Source of the DNA: Dehalococcoidia bacterium
GTDB taxonomy: Bacteria; Chloroflexota; Dehalococcoidia; Plut-88900
DNA length: 64,000 nt
Assembly: GCA_965197645.1 (NCBI GenBank)
Contig: OZ240219.1
Coordinates: 2,304,001-2,368,000 of the forward strand
Direction of reading: 5' to 3'
Shown here: positions 18,054 to 27,972 of the stretch, piece after piece
Position numbering within the stretch: the stretch's first letter is position 1
Layout of the letters: each line of letters opens with the position of its first letter
Position numbers and translations under genes: made by a program
Notes under the pieces: generated by a model
What the model saw: only the letters and a program-made list of their open reading frames with translations
What the model was told of the DNA's origin: nothing
The model's database searches: none

Positions 18054-20015
18054 TTATTGCATGGAAGGAGCGTCTTCCGTGAACCAGGACTCCAGGAAGG
18101 TATAGCCCTGGTGGGCGTAGCCCTTCATCCCACCGGCGTTTATCAGGTAGTTGGGGTAAACGTTCTCACTGATCCAGTGGGGCATCGGCCACCAGTACAG
18201 CTTCACTGCGAAGAGCTTCTGCAGCTCTCCCACGACCTGCCGCTGCGTCTCCAAGTCTCTCGCCGCCAGTCCGGCGTCGATCAAGGCTGTCAACTCAGGG
18301 TCGTCGATCTGTTGAATGTTCCTGATGGTGCCCGGGTAGAAGTGGTTGTAGTAGAAGTCGATCAGGTCGGGATAGGCCGTCCACGACCAGTCGAAGACCA
18401 GCTCTGATACCCACTCATCGGTGGTCTTGCTCCAGAAGAAGTCGGACATCTCGGGATACGTTATCACCGTGAACTGGATGTCCATTCCCAGCTCTTTAGC
18501 GTTGGCCTGGAACACCGATGCGTTCTGCTCGAAGAACTCTTCCAGGCGGTGGAGGTACATGTCCAGCTCGATCCGGTCTCCCACCTGGAACCCTTCAGGA
18601 GCCAGACCCTCGTCTATCAGCTCCTGCAGTCCCTCGTTGAACAGCACCTTCGCTCCCTCGATGTCGGTGGTAAAGTTGCCGTCCGCGTCCACCGGGAAGT
18701 AGGCTGCTCCCTCGCCCAGCTCGTCGTTGGGCAGGTACCAGGGGTGGCGGGATACTACTTCCCTGTTCTGGATGTTGGAACCTCCGTACCACAGCTGGGC
18801 GCTCCGGTCTACGACCATGTTGATCGCCTGCCGCACCTTCTGGTTCATGAAGGGGAAGGATTCCAGCCTGGGTACAAGCCACACCGGAGCGGTGGTGTTT
18901 TCCACCACAGCCCGATAGTTCTCGATGAGGTCGGGCCTGTCCTCGAGGGCGTTCAGGCTCTCGGGGTCACCGGTCCACCAGCCCCAGTAGTAGAAGGCCG
19001 GGCCCACGTCCAGCTCGCCGCCCCGGTACAGGGCCATCTTGGCCGCATCGTCGGCGACGAACAGCACTTCGATGTTGTCTATGTAGGGCAGGTTCTCACC
19101 GGTAATCCCGTTGGGGCCACGCCAGTAGTTTGGATTCCTCTCATAGTACTGCTTAACTCCGAACTCGTGATCCACCAGGATCCATGGCCCCGTTCCTATC
19201 ACCGTCTCCGGCGTCTCCAGGGTGCCGAACTCCTCCAGCACCTCGGGGGCGTCGATCACGAAGTAGTGGTAGGCGGCGTAGCCCAGCAGGGCGGACCAGG
19301 GTCGCTTGAGGGTGAACACTACAGTGTAGTTGTCCGGCGCTTCCACGCTGTCTACGAAGCCTAGTATGTCTGAGTGGGGCGATCCCTCCGCCATGTAGCG
19401 GTTGTAGGAGAACACCACGTCGTCGGCCACCAGCTCCCGGCCGTTCAGCGGGGGTATATCCTGCCACGTGACACCCTGCCTCAGGTGGAAGGTGATCGTC
19501 AGGCCGTCTTCACTTATCTCCCAGGACTCGGCCAGGTCGGGGTAGGGAGACAGGTCGGAAGAGTCGTGGGGGTCACAGATGTTGTAGGTGATCAGCTTGT
19601 TATGGGTAAAGCTCTTGGTGGCGGCGCCTTCCCAGGCGTTGTACTGGGCGGTGTCGTAGGTTCCCGGGTCGTAGCCGGTCATGGTGAGGGTCCCGCCATA
19701 AATGGGGTCGGCGCCTTCCGGCGTGCATACCGGGGGCAAGCCGCCATGGAGGGCCGTCGGTCCATCCTCGTCCATCATCCCATCATCAACATCCGTTGCA
19801 TCTTGCGGGTCATCCGCCATCACCTCATCCGCCGTCTCCTCCTCCATCACGTCCTCTTCCATTACCTCCTCAACCGGAGCCTCCTCCACCACTTCCTCCA
19901 TCACTTCGGGCGCTGTCGTAGGTTCTGTGGCTTCCTCGCCACAGGCCAGCGCCACCAAGGCAATAACGACGACTATGCTGGTCAGTAACCAGAGCCGCCT
20001 GTTCAATAATTTCAT
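18054..20015 (-). CDS. ABC substrate-binding lipoprotein, family 5 (DppA/OppA-like)
   Basis: Lipobox ALAC, acidic linker, PDLAESWEIS.DG.T.TFHLRQGV.W, ADDVVFS, GTGPW. Confidence 0.9.
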   Translation of the reverse strand: MKLLNRRLWLLTSIVVVIALVALACGEEATEPTTAPEVMEEVVEEAPVEEVMEEDVMEEETADEVMADDPQDATDVDDGMMDEDGPTALHGGLPPVCTPEGADPIYGGTLTMTGYDPGTYDTAQYNAWEGAATKSFTHNKLITYNICDPHDSSDLSPYPDLAESWEISEDGLTITFHLRQGVTWQDIPPLNGRELVADDVVFSYNRYMAEGSPHSDILGFVDSVEAPDNYTVVFTLKRPWSALLGYAAYHYFVIDAPEVLEEFGTLETPETVIGTGPWILVDHEFGVKQYYERNPNYWRGPNGITGENLPYIDNIEVLFVADDAAKMALYRGGELDVGPAFYYWGWWTGDPESLNALEDRPDLIENYRAVVENTTAPVWLVPRLESFPFMNQKVRQAINMVVDRSAQLWYGGSNIQNREVVSRHPWYLPNDELGEGAAYFPVDADGNFTTDIEGAKVLFNEGLQELIDEGLAPEGFQVGDRIELDMYLHRLEEFFEQNASVFQANAKELGMDIQFTVITYPEMSDFFWSKTTDEWVSELVFDWSWTAYPDLIDFYYNHFYPGTIRNIQQIDDPELTALIDAGLAARDLETQRQVVGELQKLFAVKLYWWPMPHWISENVYPNYLINAGGMKGYAHQGYTFLESWFTEDAPSMQ

Positions 20016-20378
20016 TCTCTCGCCTCCTGTGTGATCGTCCTCATTCCTCCACTACCCGCGGCCCTTGTTTGATACAACAGCCTCGTAAGGTAAGGATTGG
20101 CTTTTGACGACGTTACTGCTACATTGGCTATCTCCTACCTGCCTTCGGTTAGTGGGATTGACAGCGTGCACCGGGGTACGGTGAAAGCTGTTTGCGGCAT
20201 TTTCCTTCGGCATAATGGTCTTGTCAAGATTGAGTAATAATTCACAATCACCCTATGTGCTTGAGCCGCTTTGGTCACCTACCGCCATGTGCATAGGCCC
20301 TCAACCCAGACTTTTAGGCCTATGCGTGTAATAACGCAGCTGGATAGAATAAGATAGATTCTCCCAAGGAGGGATCTG

Positions 20379-21584
20379 ATGAGTGGACCCTTGGAAGGCA
20401 TTCGGGTGCTGGAAATAGCGAACTGGTTGGCGGCGCCGGCCGCGGCGGCCCTTTTGGCCGATATGGGCGCCGGCGTGGTCAAGGTGGAGCCGCTGAATGG
20501 AGACCCCTGGCGTCACTATCGTGCCAAGTCCGACGGCTCGGGCGAGAAGTTCGAGATCAACTACGGCTTCGAGCTGGACAACCGCGGCAAACGGAGCATC
20601 ACTTTGGACCTCGCCAAGGAAGAGGCCAGGGAGGTTGTCCTGCAGCTGGCCAACACCGTGGACGTGTTCATTACCAACCTGATTCCCTCTCGCATGGACC
20701 GTTTCCACCTCGGCTACGAAGCTCTATCGGCAACCAATCCCGGGTTGGTCTACCTCTCCTTTTCGGGTTACGGCAGCCGGGGCCCTGATAAGGACAAGCT
20801 GGGCTTCGACTACTCGGCCTTTTGGGCCCGCTCGGGAATCATGTCCCTGATACGTGAGGAGGAGACGCTGCCCCTGTTTCAGAGAGGGGGTATGGGAGAC
20901 CACTCCTCTTCTCTGAGCCTAACCACCGGCATCCTGGCCGCCCTGTTCGAAAGGGAGAGGACAGGAAAGGGTCAGGAGCTATCCGGCTCCCTGTTCAACG
21001 TGGGACTGTGGGTATTGGGCTGTGATATTCAGATGGCCCTTGTGGAACGGAGCAACCCCTCGCCCGATTACCGCGTCAACCGAATGCCCGTCTTTAACGA
21101 CTACCAGACCAAGGACTGCAAGGGGCTGATGCTGACCAACCCTAATCCGGTAGTTTACTGGCCGCGAGCCTGCCGCGCCCTGGGACGGCCTGACCTGCTG
21201 GACAACCCCCGATATCAGACCATCGAACAGGTGCTGGAACATTCCCGCGAGTTGGTCGTTCTGTTCGACGAAATCATCGCCACCAAGACGCTGGAGGAAT
21301 GGGGACGAATCCTGGATGAACACGGCGTGATCTGGGCCCCGGTTCAGGAGCTGAGCGAAGTGATAGAGGACCCTCAGGCCCGGGCCAACGACTACTTCAC
21401 TACCGTCCAGCATCCCATCGTCGGCGAGTACGAGACCATCGACACGCCCGTCAGATTCCGGTCCGGCAACGTGCGAGCCAGAGGACCCGCCCCCGAGATA
21501 GGCCAGCACACCGAGGAGGTGCTGCTGGAGAACGGCTACTCCTGGGAGAAGATTGCCAGCTTGAGGGAGGCGGGCGCCATCTAA
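20379..21584 (+). CDS. CoA-transferase family III (CaiB/BaiF)
   Basis: GPLEGIRVLE, LADMGA.V.KVEP..GD, NRGKRS, GMGD, APEIGQHT. Confidence 0.92.
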   Translation: MSGPLEGIRVLEIANWLAAPAAAALLADMGAGVVKVEPLNGDPWRHYRAKSDGSGEKFEINYGFELDNRGKRSITLDLAKEEAREVVLQLANTVDVFITNLIPSRMDRFHLGYEALSATNPGLVYLSFSGYGSRGPDKDKLGFDYSAFWARSGIMSLIREEETLPLFQRGGMGDHSSSLSLTTGILAALFERERTGKGQELSGSLFNVGLWVLGCDIQMALVERSNPSPDYRVNRMPVFNDYQTKDCKGLMLTNPNPVVYWPRACRALGRPDLLDNPRYQTIEQVLEHSRELVVLFDEIIATKTLEEWGRILDEHGVIWAPVQELSEVIEDPQARANDYFTTVQHPIVGEYETIDTPVRFRSGNVRARGPAPEIGQHTEEVLLENGYSWEKIASLREAGAI

Positions 21585-21586
21585 TC

Positions 21587-22042
21587 GTGGGTATTGGAGT
21601 TAAACTGGTGCATCCACGCGCACGAGTGCCGGAAAAGGCCACCGCCGGCAGCGCAGGCTTCGACCTTTTTGCAGTGGACCAATGCTCCGTGCCACCCTCT
21701 CGTGCCAAGGCTGACGGTACCGTCGACGTCGGCAGGGCGCTGGTCCCTACGGGCATCGTCTTGAGCCTACCGGCCGATACAGTCGGGATAATAGCCAGCC
21801 GGTCCGGCCTGTCGGTAAAGTTCAACATCGAGGTAGGGGCCGGCTGGATAGACAGCGATTACAGGGGCGAGGTGATGATCGAGCTGAAAAACCTGGGCTC
21901 ATGCCCTTACAGGATCAACCCGGGAGACCGGATAGCCCAGCTAATCGTCCTGCCGGTAAGTACCACTGACATACGGATCGTAGACCAGGTTGACGACACC
22001 GTTCGAGGCTCCGAGGGCTTCGGATCGACGGAGCTTGGCTAG
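21587..22042 (+). CDS. dut: Trimeric dUTP diphosphatase
   Basis: All five motifs: AGFDL, SRSGL, GWIDSDYRGE, GDRIAQL, RGSEGFGST. Confidence 0.92.
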   Translation: MGIGVKLVHPRARVPEKATAGSAGFDLFAVDQCSVPPSRAKADGTVDVGRALVPTGIVLSLPADTVGIIASRSGLSVKFNIEVGAGWIDSDYRGEVMIELKNLGSCPYRINPGDRIAQLIVLPVSTTDIRIVDQVDDTVRGSEGFGSTELG

Positions 22043-22100
22043 AGCCCTATTGCACACGCGGATTACGCTTGCCGCCTCATTCAACTAGGAGGTATATCCA

Positions 22101-22859
22101 ATGAGTTCAGACGGCCGGGTCGTCATTATCACAGGCGGAGGTACCGGAATAGGGAAACACTGTGCCTTGGCCCTCCTGAAAGACGGGTACAGCGTTGCCC
22201 TGGCGGGACGTCGAGTTGGACCGTTGGAGGAGACCGTCGCGGAGGCTGGGGTAGGTGAGGAGCGAACACTCATCGTGCCAACCGATGTCGGCGATCCCGA
22301 TTCGGTCAAGGCCCTTTTCGCCCGGACGAAGGAGGCGTTTGGCCGGCTGGACGTTCTGTTCAACAATGCTGGGTTTGGAGCTCCGGCCGTATCCTTGGAG
22401 GACCTCACCCACGAACAGTGGCAGTCGGTGGTCGATACCAATCTGACCGGGGCGTTCCTGTGCACCCAGGAGGCGTTCAAAATAATGAAGGCTCAAACGC
22501 CCATGGGCGGACGTATCATCAACAACGGCTCGATATCGGCCCAGACGCCCCGCCCGGACTCCGCGCCCTACACCGCCACCAAGCACGGGATGGTGGGTCT
22601 AACCAAGTCCACGTCCCTGGATGGTCGGAAGTACAACATAGCGTGCAGCCAGATCGACATCGGCAACGCCTGGACCGAGATGACGGCGGGGATGGCAGAC
22701 GGTATTCCTCAGCCCGATGGATCGATCAGGCCGGAGCCGACCTTCGACGTGGCCCACGTAGCCGAAGCGGTGCTGTATATCGCCAATCTGCCCTTGGAAG
22801 CCAACGTCCTGTTCATGAACATAATGGCGACCAAGATGCCCTTTGTAGGTCGAGGCTAG
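22101..22859 (+). CDS. Short-chain dehydrogenase/reductase
   Basis: [17 protein letters not shown]. Confidence 0.92.
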   Translation: MSSDGRVVIITGGGTGIGKHCALALLKDGYSVALAGRRVGPLEETVAEAGVGEERTLIVPTDVGDPDSVKALFARTKEAFGRLDVLFNNAGFGAPAVSLEDLTHEQWQSVVDTNLTGAFLCTQEAFKIMKAQTPMGGRIINNGSISAQTPRPDSAPYTATKHGMVGLTKSTSLDGRKYNIACSQIDIGNAWTEMTAGMADGIPQPDGSIRPEPTFDVAHVAEAVLYIANLPLEANVLFMNIMATKMPFVGRG

Positions 22860-22908
22860 GACATGGGAGCCGGTTGATGGCTACCGGTAGAACGGCGAAA
22901 GCAGAGCG

Positions 22909-23943
22909 TTAGCCGCAGGCCAGGGAGTATATCTGGGACTCGCCTTCCGGCAGCGGCCGAGCCTCCCAGGAGTCTCCGCCGTCCCGACTGGCGAACACCT
23001 GCCCGCCATAGCTGGAGCACCACATGTGCCTGGGTTGCCGCTCGTCGAAGCTGAGGCAGAACAGGCTGCTCTTCGGCTGAAGCCCCATGTCCACCCGTCC
23101 CCAGCTCAGGCCGCCGTCATCGCTGCGAAAGAGGCCGCCCACGTCGCTATCGAAGCCGGCGCCTGCCGCCATCCAGACGGTCGTGGGGTCTCCGGGGACT
23201 TCCCGGATGGCGCGGCAGTACAGGCCTCCTCGATCGTTGAGAGGCTCTATATCCACGTGCAGCCAGTGATCGCCCCGGTCGGCGCTGCGGAACATACCTG
23301 CCCCAGTGATACTGAGCAGCGAGCCGTGGTGCAAGCTGCTCACCAGCACCCCGTGGGTATCGACTGCCTGGTCGTCCAGGTAGAGGCCGTGGCTCAAGTT
23401 TTCCCAGTGCTCACCGCCGTCCAGGCTGCGAATGACCCCGCCCACTTCCAGGGCGCCGTACAGGGCATCCGGCTCAGCGATGCTGGATGACATCATCAGG
23501 ACCCGCTTGGCCGGGTTTGCCGCCGAGCCCACGCTTACTTCCGGAAACCTTACGCTGACCGGAAGTGAACTCCAGCTCTCACCCGCATCATCGCTGCGAT
23601 AGATCTCGCAGGACTCGTAGCCGGCATACATCACCGTGGGGTCCCGCGGATGAAAGAGAAGAGACCACACCGGCAGGCCGTGGTCCGCCACGTTGGCCTT
23701 CTCCCAGTGGTCGCCGTGGTCGTCGCTGCGGTATGGGCCGTCCTGGGTGCCCGCATACACTATCCCCGGTTCTTGGGGATGGACCGCGAGCGCACGCACG
23801 GCCGGTTCCTCGGGCAGCCCCTTAGTAATCGGCTCCCACTCGCCGTCCTCGTAGGCCATCCGATACAGCCCCGATCTCATAGTCCAACCGGGGCCGGGCT
23901 CGCCTGCCAACCCGGCGTACACGTATTGTCTGTTATTAGTCAT
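22909..23943 (-). CDS. BNR/Asp-box repeat beta-propeller protein, no signal peptide
   Basis: Repeated RSDD(H/A/G)GxxW Asp-boxes; directly downstream of DUF1501 on the same strand. Confidence 0.8.
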   Translation of the reverse strand: MTNNRQYVYAGLAGEPGPGWTMRSGLYRMAYEDGEWEPITKGLPEEPAVRALAVHPQEPGIVYAGTQDGPYRSDDHGDHWEKANVADHGLPVWSLLFHPRDPTVMYAGYESCEIYRSDDAGESWSSLPVSVRFPEVSVGSAANPAKRVLMMSSSIAEPDALYGALEVGGVIRSLDGGEHWENLSHGLYLDDQAVDTHGVLVSSLHHGSLLSITGAGMFRSADRGDHWLHVDIEPLNDRGGLYCRAIREVPGDPTTVWMAAGAGFDSDVGGLFRSDDGGLSWGRVDMGLQPKSSLFCLSFDERQPRHMWCSSYGGQVFASRDGGDSWEARPLPEGESQIYSLACG

Positions 23944-23967
23944 TCTCCAGCCCGCCTCCTAGAACGA

Positions 23968-25092
23968 TCAGTTGAGGTTGAACTGCTCGAAGTGCCCGTT
24001 CACGATGGGCGCGGCCTCCAGGTCCAACCAATTCTCCAGGATAGTGGAGTAGATGGACCGGAAGTCGTTGTTGAAGTGCAGGTCGCCGTTGAGCTGGTCC
24101 TCTTCCTTCAGCGAGGGGTACTCTCCGTACATGCCACCCTGGACCGAACCTCCGATGACGAAGGCCACTCCACCGGAGCCGTGGTCCGTCCCCGAGCCGT
24201 TATCCTTGATCCTGCGTCCAAACTCGGAGAATATGAGTATGAGGGTATCTTTCTCCCGACCGTGCTCCTTGAGATCGGCATAGAAGTCGCCTACTGCGCC
24301 CGACACCTCCCGCCACAGCATGGAATGCTGGGACATCTGCCCTCCATGGGTGTCGAAGCTTCCGTGCTGGGTGTAGTAGACCCTTGTGCCCAGATCGGCG
24401 AACATCACCTGGGCGACGCCCTTCAACGCCTGCCCCATTGGATCGGGCGCGTACTCTATGCTGGAAGAGTAATTAGCCGGTGCGGTCTGAAGAATCTCGG
24501 CGCCGGTGAGGGCCTCCATGCCGGTCTGCGCCAGATGATCGATGGCCGATCCTCGGCCCTCAGGGCCGTACATCTTGGCGAAAGCGTCAAGCGCGTAGCT
24601 TTTCATCCGTTCGCTCTCGAGGTTGGAGAACAGGCCGTAGGTCTCGAGCTCGGCTACCGAGGCCACTGGGACTCCTCTGCAGGCCAAGGCCCGCGGAAGA
24701 ACAACGCCGAAGTTGACAGCAGTCAGCACGTTGTCTTTGTTAGGGTCCAGGTCCCGCACCGCCCGGCCAAGCCATCCTTCGGTCCCTACCTTGTCCGGTT
24801 CGGCCGTGTGCCAGATGTCCATAGAACGAAAGTGGGAGCGGTTGGGGTTGCCGTAGCCTATCCCGTTGATGATGGCCACGTTGCCCTCGTCCCACAGGCT
24901 CTTGATGGCCGGCATGTTGGGGTTGAAGCCGTACTCGTCGTCGATGGGCAGCACCTCTTCCGGCGCCACCCGTATCGTCTGCCGAGAATCGTAGTAGACG
25001 CCATTGTTGTAGGGGACCACCGTGTTGAGATAGTCGTTCCCGCCGGAAAGCTGGATCACCACCAACGTCTTTTCGCTGCTATCGGATGCCAC
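23968..25092 (-). CDS. DUF1501 family protein (copy 1)
   Basis: QLSGGNDYLN, RSHF, FDTH, SEFGRR..NGSGTDHG, DFRSIY. GTG start after AGGAGG. Confidence 0.85.
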   Translation of the reverse strand: MASDSSEKTLVVIQLSGGNDYLNTVVPYNNGVYYDSRQTIRVAPEEVLPIDDEYGFNPNMPAIKSLWDEGNVAIINGIGYGNPNRSHFRSMDIWHTAEPDKVGTEGWLGRAVRDLDPNKDNVLTAVNFGVVLPRALACRGVPVASVAELETYGLFSNLESERMKSYALDAFAKMYGPEGRGSAIDHLAQTGMEALTGAEILQTAPANYSSSIEYAPDPMGQALKGVAQVMFADLGTRVYYTQHGSFDTHGGQMSQHSMLWREVSGAVGDFYADLKEHGREKDTLILIFSEFGRRIKDNGSGTDHGSGGVAFVIGGSVQGGMYGEYPSLKEEDQLNGDLHFNNDFRSIYSTILENWLDLEAAPIVNGHFEQFNLN

Positions 25093-25152
25093 GATACGCC
25101 TCCTATCTAACAGATGCTGCCGCATACATATGCGTGTATGAATGTCCGGGTT

Positions 25153-26169
25153 CTAGCTCTGCTTCTGATATATCTGGATTCGGTGCCGGCCGCTGTCCAC
25201 AATGTAGATCCGTCCCTCGCCGTCCACCTTTACCGAAGTGGGGCCCCAGAACAGCTTCTCCACCAGCGATGATCGAGGCTGGAAGCGGCTGTCGGGGTTG
25301 GTAACCTTCGGTTCCAGGTTGGATGCTTGCCTGGCCTCGTACTCCTGCGGGTTGCTCTTGAAGTAGTCCTCCGCCCAAGTGGACGGCGTGGCCTCTCCCC
25401 TCAGCTCCATCTGAAATCGGCCATCGGAGTCGAGCACCTGTACCCGTTCGTTTCCCCAGTCGGTCACATAGACCAGCCCATCGTCGTCCACCGCCACGCT
25501 GGAAGGCCGGTTGAACTCTCCCTCGCCCTGTCCCGAGCCTCCCCAGGTGGCCAGGTGCTTGCCGCTGGAATCGAACCTCTGGATCCTGTCGTTTCTCCAG
25601 TCGGCCACGTATACGTCGCCGCCGTTGTCCACGGCGATCCCCCAGGGCATGTCGAACTCGCCGTCGCCCTTTCCCCCTTGGCCCCACTGACCGACGGACT
25701 GGCCGTCCGAGGTGTACCTTTGGACCCGGTTGTTCAGACTATCGACCACCATGAGGTGTCCGTCCCGGTCAAATGCGATGCCCGAGGGGCCGTTGAACTC
25801 TCCCTCCCCGTCTCCGTTTACACCCCACTTGGCGATGAACTTGCCGTCCTGATCGAATACGGAGATCCGGTGAAGTGCCTCGTCGGAAACGTACAGCTTG
25901 TTGTCGTTGTCCACCACGCCTGCTACGGGCCACATGATCTTCCCGTCCTCGGTGCCCACGCCGCTGAACTCACCGAGGAAGCCGCCGGTGTTCGTGCATA
26001 TGGTTATCCGCTTGTAGGGTATGTCGGCGTAGTCGTCGAAAGCTCGACACAGCACGTACATCACCCCATCGCGAGCCAACCCCACGTCCACCGGATTGAA
26101 GAATCCCCTGCCCAGGTCGCTGAACAGTCCAACCGTGTGGCTGTATCGACACACTGGCCCGTTGCTCAT
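25153..26169 (-). CDS. NHL-repeat beta-propeller protein (copy 1)
   Basis: GEFxxPxGIAVD...VYVADWRNDRIQ repeats. Confidence 0.88.
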   Translation of the reverse strand: MSNGPVCRYSHTVGLFSDLGRGFFNPVDVGLARDGVMYVLCRAFDDYADIPYKRITICTNTGGFLGEFSGVGTEDGKIMWPVAGVVDNDNKLYVSDEALHRISVFDQDGKFIAKWGVNGDGEGEFNGPSGIAFDRDGHLMVVDSLNNRVQRYTSDGQSVGQWGQGGKGDGEFDMPWGIAVDNGGDVYVADWRNDRIQRFDSSGKHLATWGGSGQGEGEFNRPSSVAVDDDGLVYVTDWGNERVQVLDSDGRFQMELRGEATPSTWAEDYFKSNPQEYEARQASNLEPKVTNPDSRFQPRSSLVEKLFWGPTSVKVDGEGRIYIVDSGRHRIQIYQKQS

Positions 26170-26227
26170 CTGTTCCTCCCTTCAGCCCACTTCTCGTTTC
26201 GAGGGCTGACAACCAGGGGTAGTAGCG

Positions 26228-27655
26228 TTACGTTAGCTGGTATTCCGGCATAGCCCCTATGAGCTGCAACACCATTCCAACCCTGCCGGCGGATACCTGT
26301 CCTTGTGACCCCGCTGCCGGAGAGGCGGCGGCGACCCGTTCCACCAGCTCAGCTCGCGATTCCTCCGAGACCTCCAGCGGTCCTATCAGGTCGAGGCAGG
26401 CGTCCACCAGTTCCTCGGTGGTGCGGTCGGCGCCCTGGGCCTGGATTTTGCTTGTTATCGACTGCACGCCCGGCCGTCCCGTGTCCTGGAACTGCTCGGA
26501 GGCGAAGTTGACCCGGTTTACCAGGCTTGCGGTGTTGATCCACTCGTCGCCGGTGTGCCATCCCTCTACGCTGGGGGGCTCCAGAAGCTCCTGCCCCATC
26601 GTTATAGCGGCGGATTTCAGGCCCGCGTCGCTCATACTGGGAAACTCGTAGCCTCCCACCAAGCGTGAGGTGCCCACCACCAGCTCCGTCGGGCTCTTGA
26701 TCTTCTTGAAGACCGCCTGCTTGAAGAAGTCCGAGTTGAACAGGACCCGTAACACGGACCGGATGTCGTAGTTGCTTGAGAGATAGGCTTCGGAAAGAGT
26801 CTCGATGGCCTGGGGGTCCCGGGGTGGGGTTATGTTCCAGGCTGGGACCTGGGCCTCGTCGGCGACGAAGAAGGTGTAGAGATGCCGGGATACAAACCTG
26901 GCGGTTGCAGGCTGGTTGCAGATGACGTCGATGATGTCTCCGCCATCCAAATCCCCGGTCTCTCCCAGGAAGGACTTTTCTCCGCTGTCATGGTCATTCG
27001 GGTCGAACTGGAACTCGGGCGCCAGATCACCATAGGGCCAGGGCGAGTTGGCTTCCGCCTTGGCGGCGTGATACGGGTTGTCCCTGACGGTCCACCCCGT
27101 AAAAGCCCGGGAGGCGTGCCGGATATCGTCTTCCGTGTAGTTGCCCACGCCCATAGAGAACAGCTCCAGGAGCTCCCGGCCGTAGTTCTCGTTGACCGCG
27201 TCCTTGTGATTGCCGTTGTTGTCCAACCAGAAGATCATGGTGGGGTCCTTGGACACCTGAACGAGCAGGGTATGGAAACTCCCCAGCCCGTACCTCCGGA
27301 ACATCTCTATCTGGTTGAGCATGGCTCGGGCCTGAAAGAGCTTGGTGTACCCCGTGGCGAAGACCCCGTGCCAGAACAGGGCTATCTTCTCCTCCAGCGG
27401 CCGCGTGGTGTTTATCATGCGGCGCATCCAGTAGGTCTGACAGGCCTCGATGGGGTAGAAGTTGTTATGGGTTACGTGGTACCGCCTGATGATGTCCTCA
27501 TCGGCGTATGGAGATGGGGCACTCTCCGGGTCCAGAAGCTCATCCACCGTCGCCTCGTACCCCTTGGCTGCGTAGTCCTCCAGCTCATCCCGTGTCGCTC
27601 CGAACCCGGCGCGGCGCAACAGATGGGCAATGAGGGTTAGATCGTTCGTACTCAT
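26228..27655 (-). CDS. DUF1800 family protein (copy 1)
   Basis: AHLLRRAGFG, EKIALFWH, NENYGRELLELFSMG, RAFTGW, PPSVEGW. ATG 27655 after AGGAGG. Confidence 0.88.
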   Translation of the reverse strand: MSTNDLTLIAHLLRRAGFGATRDELEDYAAKGYEATVDELLDPESAPSPYADEDIIRRYHVTHNNFYPIEACQTYWMRRMINTTRPLEEKIALFWHGVFATGYTKLFQARAMLNQIEMFRRYGLGSFHTLLVQVSKDPTMIFWLDNNGNHKDAVNENYGRELLELFSMGVGNYTEDDIRHASRAFTGWTVRDNPYHAAKAEANSPWPYGDLAPEFQFDPNDHDSGEKSFLGETGDLDGGDIIDVICNQPATARFVSRHLYTFFVADEAQVPAWNITPPRDPQAIETLSEAYLSSNYDIRSVLRVLFNSDFFKQAVFKKIKSPTELVVGTSRLVGGYEFPSMSDAGLKSAAITMGQELLEPPSVEGWHTGDEWINTASLVNRVNFASEQFQDTGRPGVQSITSKIQAQGADRTTEELVDACLDLIGPLEVSEESRAELVERVAAASPAAGSQGQVSAGRVGMVLQLIGAMPEYQLT

Positions 27656-27783
27656 GTCTCGACCTCCTTCCCCTACCAGAACTTGGCCACTACTCAGACT
27701 CTGCCCCGGCATCAAAAAGAGACTGCTGGTGATGGGAGTCCTCCGCCGGAGCGAGAGAGTCCCGTCACCGCTCAGGGGAGTCT

Positions 27784-27812
27784 AATTTACTGAATATACC
27801 GCTGGTCGTCAA
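27784..27812 (-). promoter_or_regulatory. Sigma70-like promoter for DUF1800 operon 1
   Basis: TTGACG-N17-TAAATT on the minus strand. Confidence 0.5.
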
Positions 27813-27972
27813 GGTTGATCAGCCCCTTACGCAGATTGAATGGAGCAAAGAAGCCGGGTGGGGAGGAAAAAGCCGGTGAATGCTCGACTTCGCTTTTCGA
27901 GAGGGCGGAACGTACAATACTGTGAGATAATTGGGCCGGAGTGTATTAGGTTTATCTGAAGGAGGGTTAGAA

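Noticed and set aside
21587-22042. dUTPase as a prophage marker
   Set aside because: No phage genes or integrase nearby; host-like composition.
23650-25110. Long antisense ORFs (also 32137..33510, 42824..44071, 55960..57018)
   Set aside because: Expected opposite real genes in high-GC DNA; no recognisable domains.
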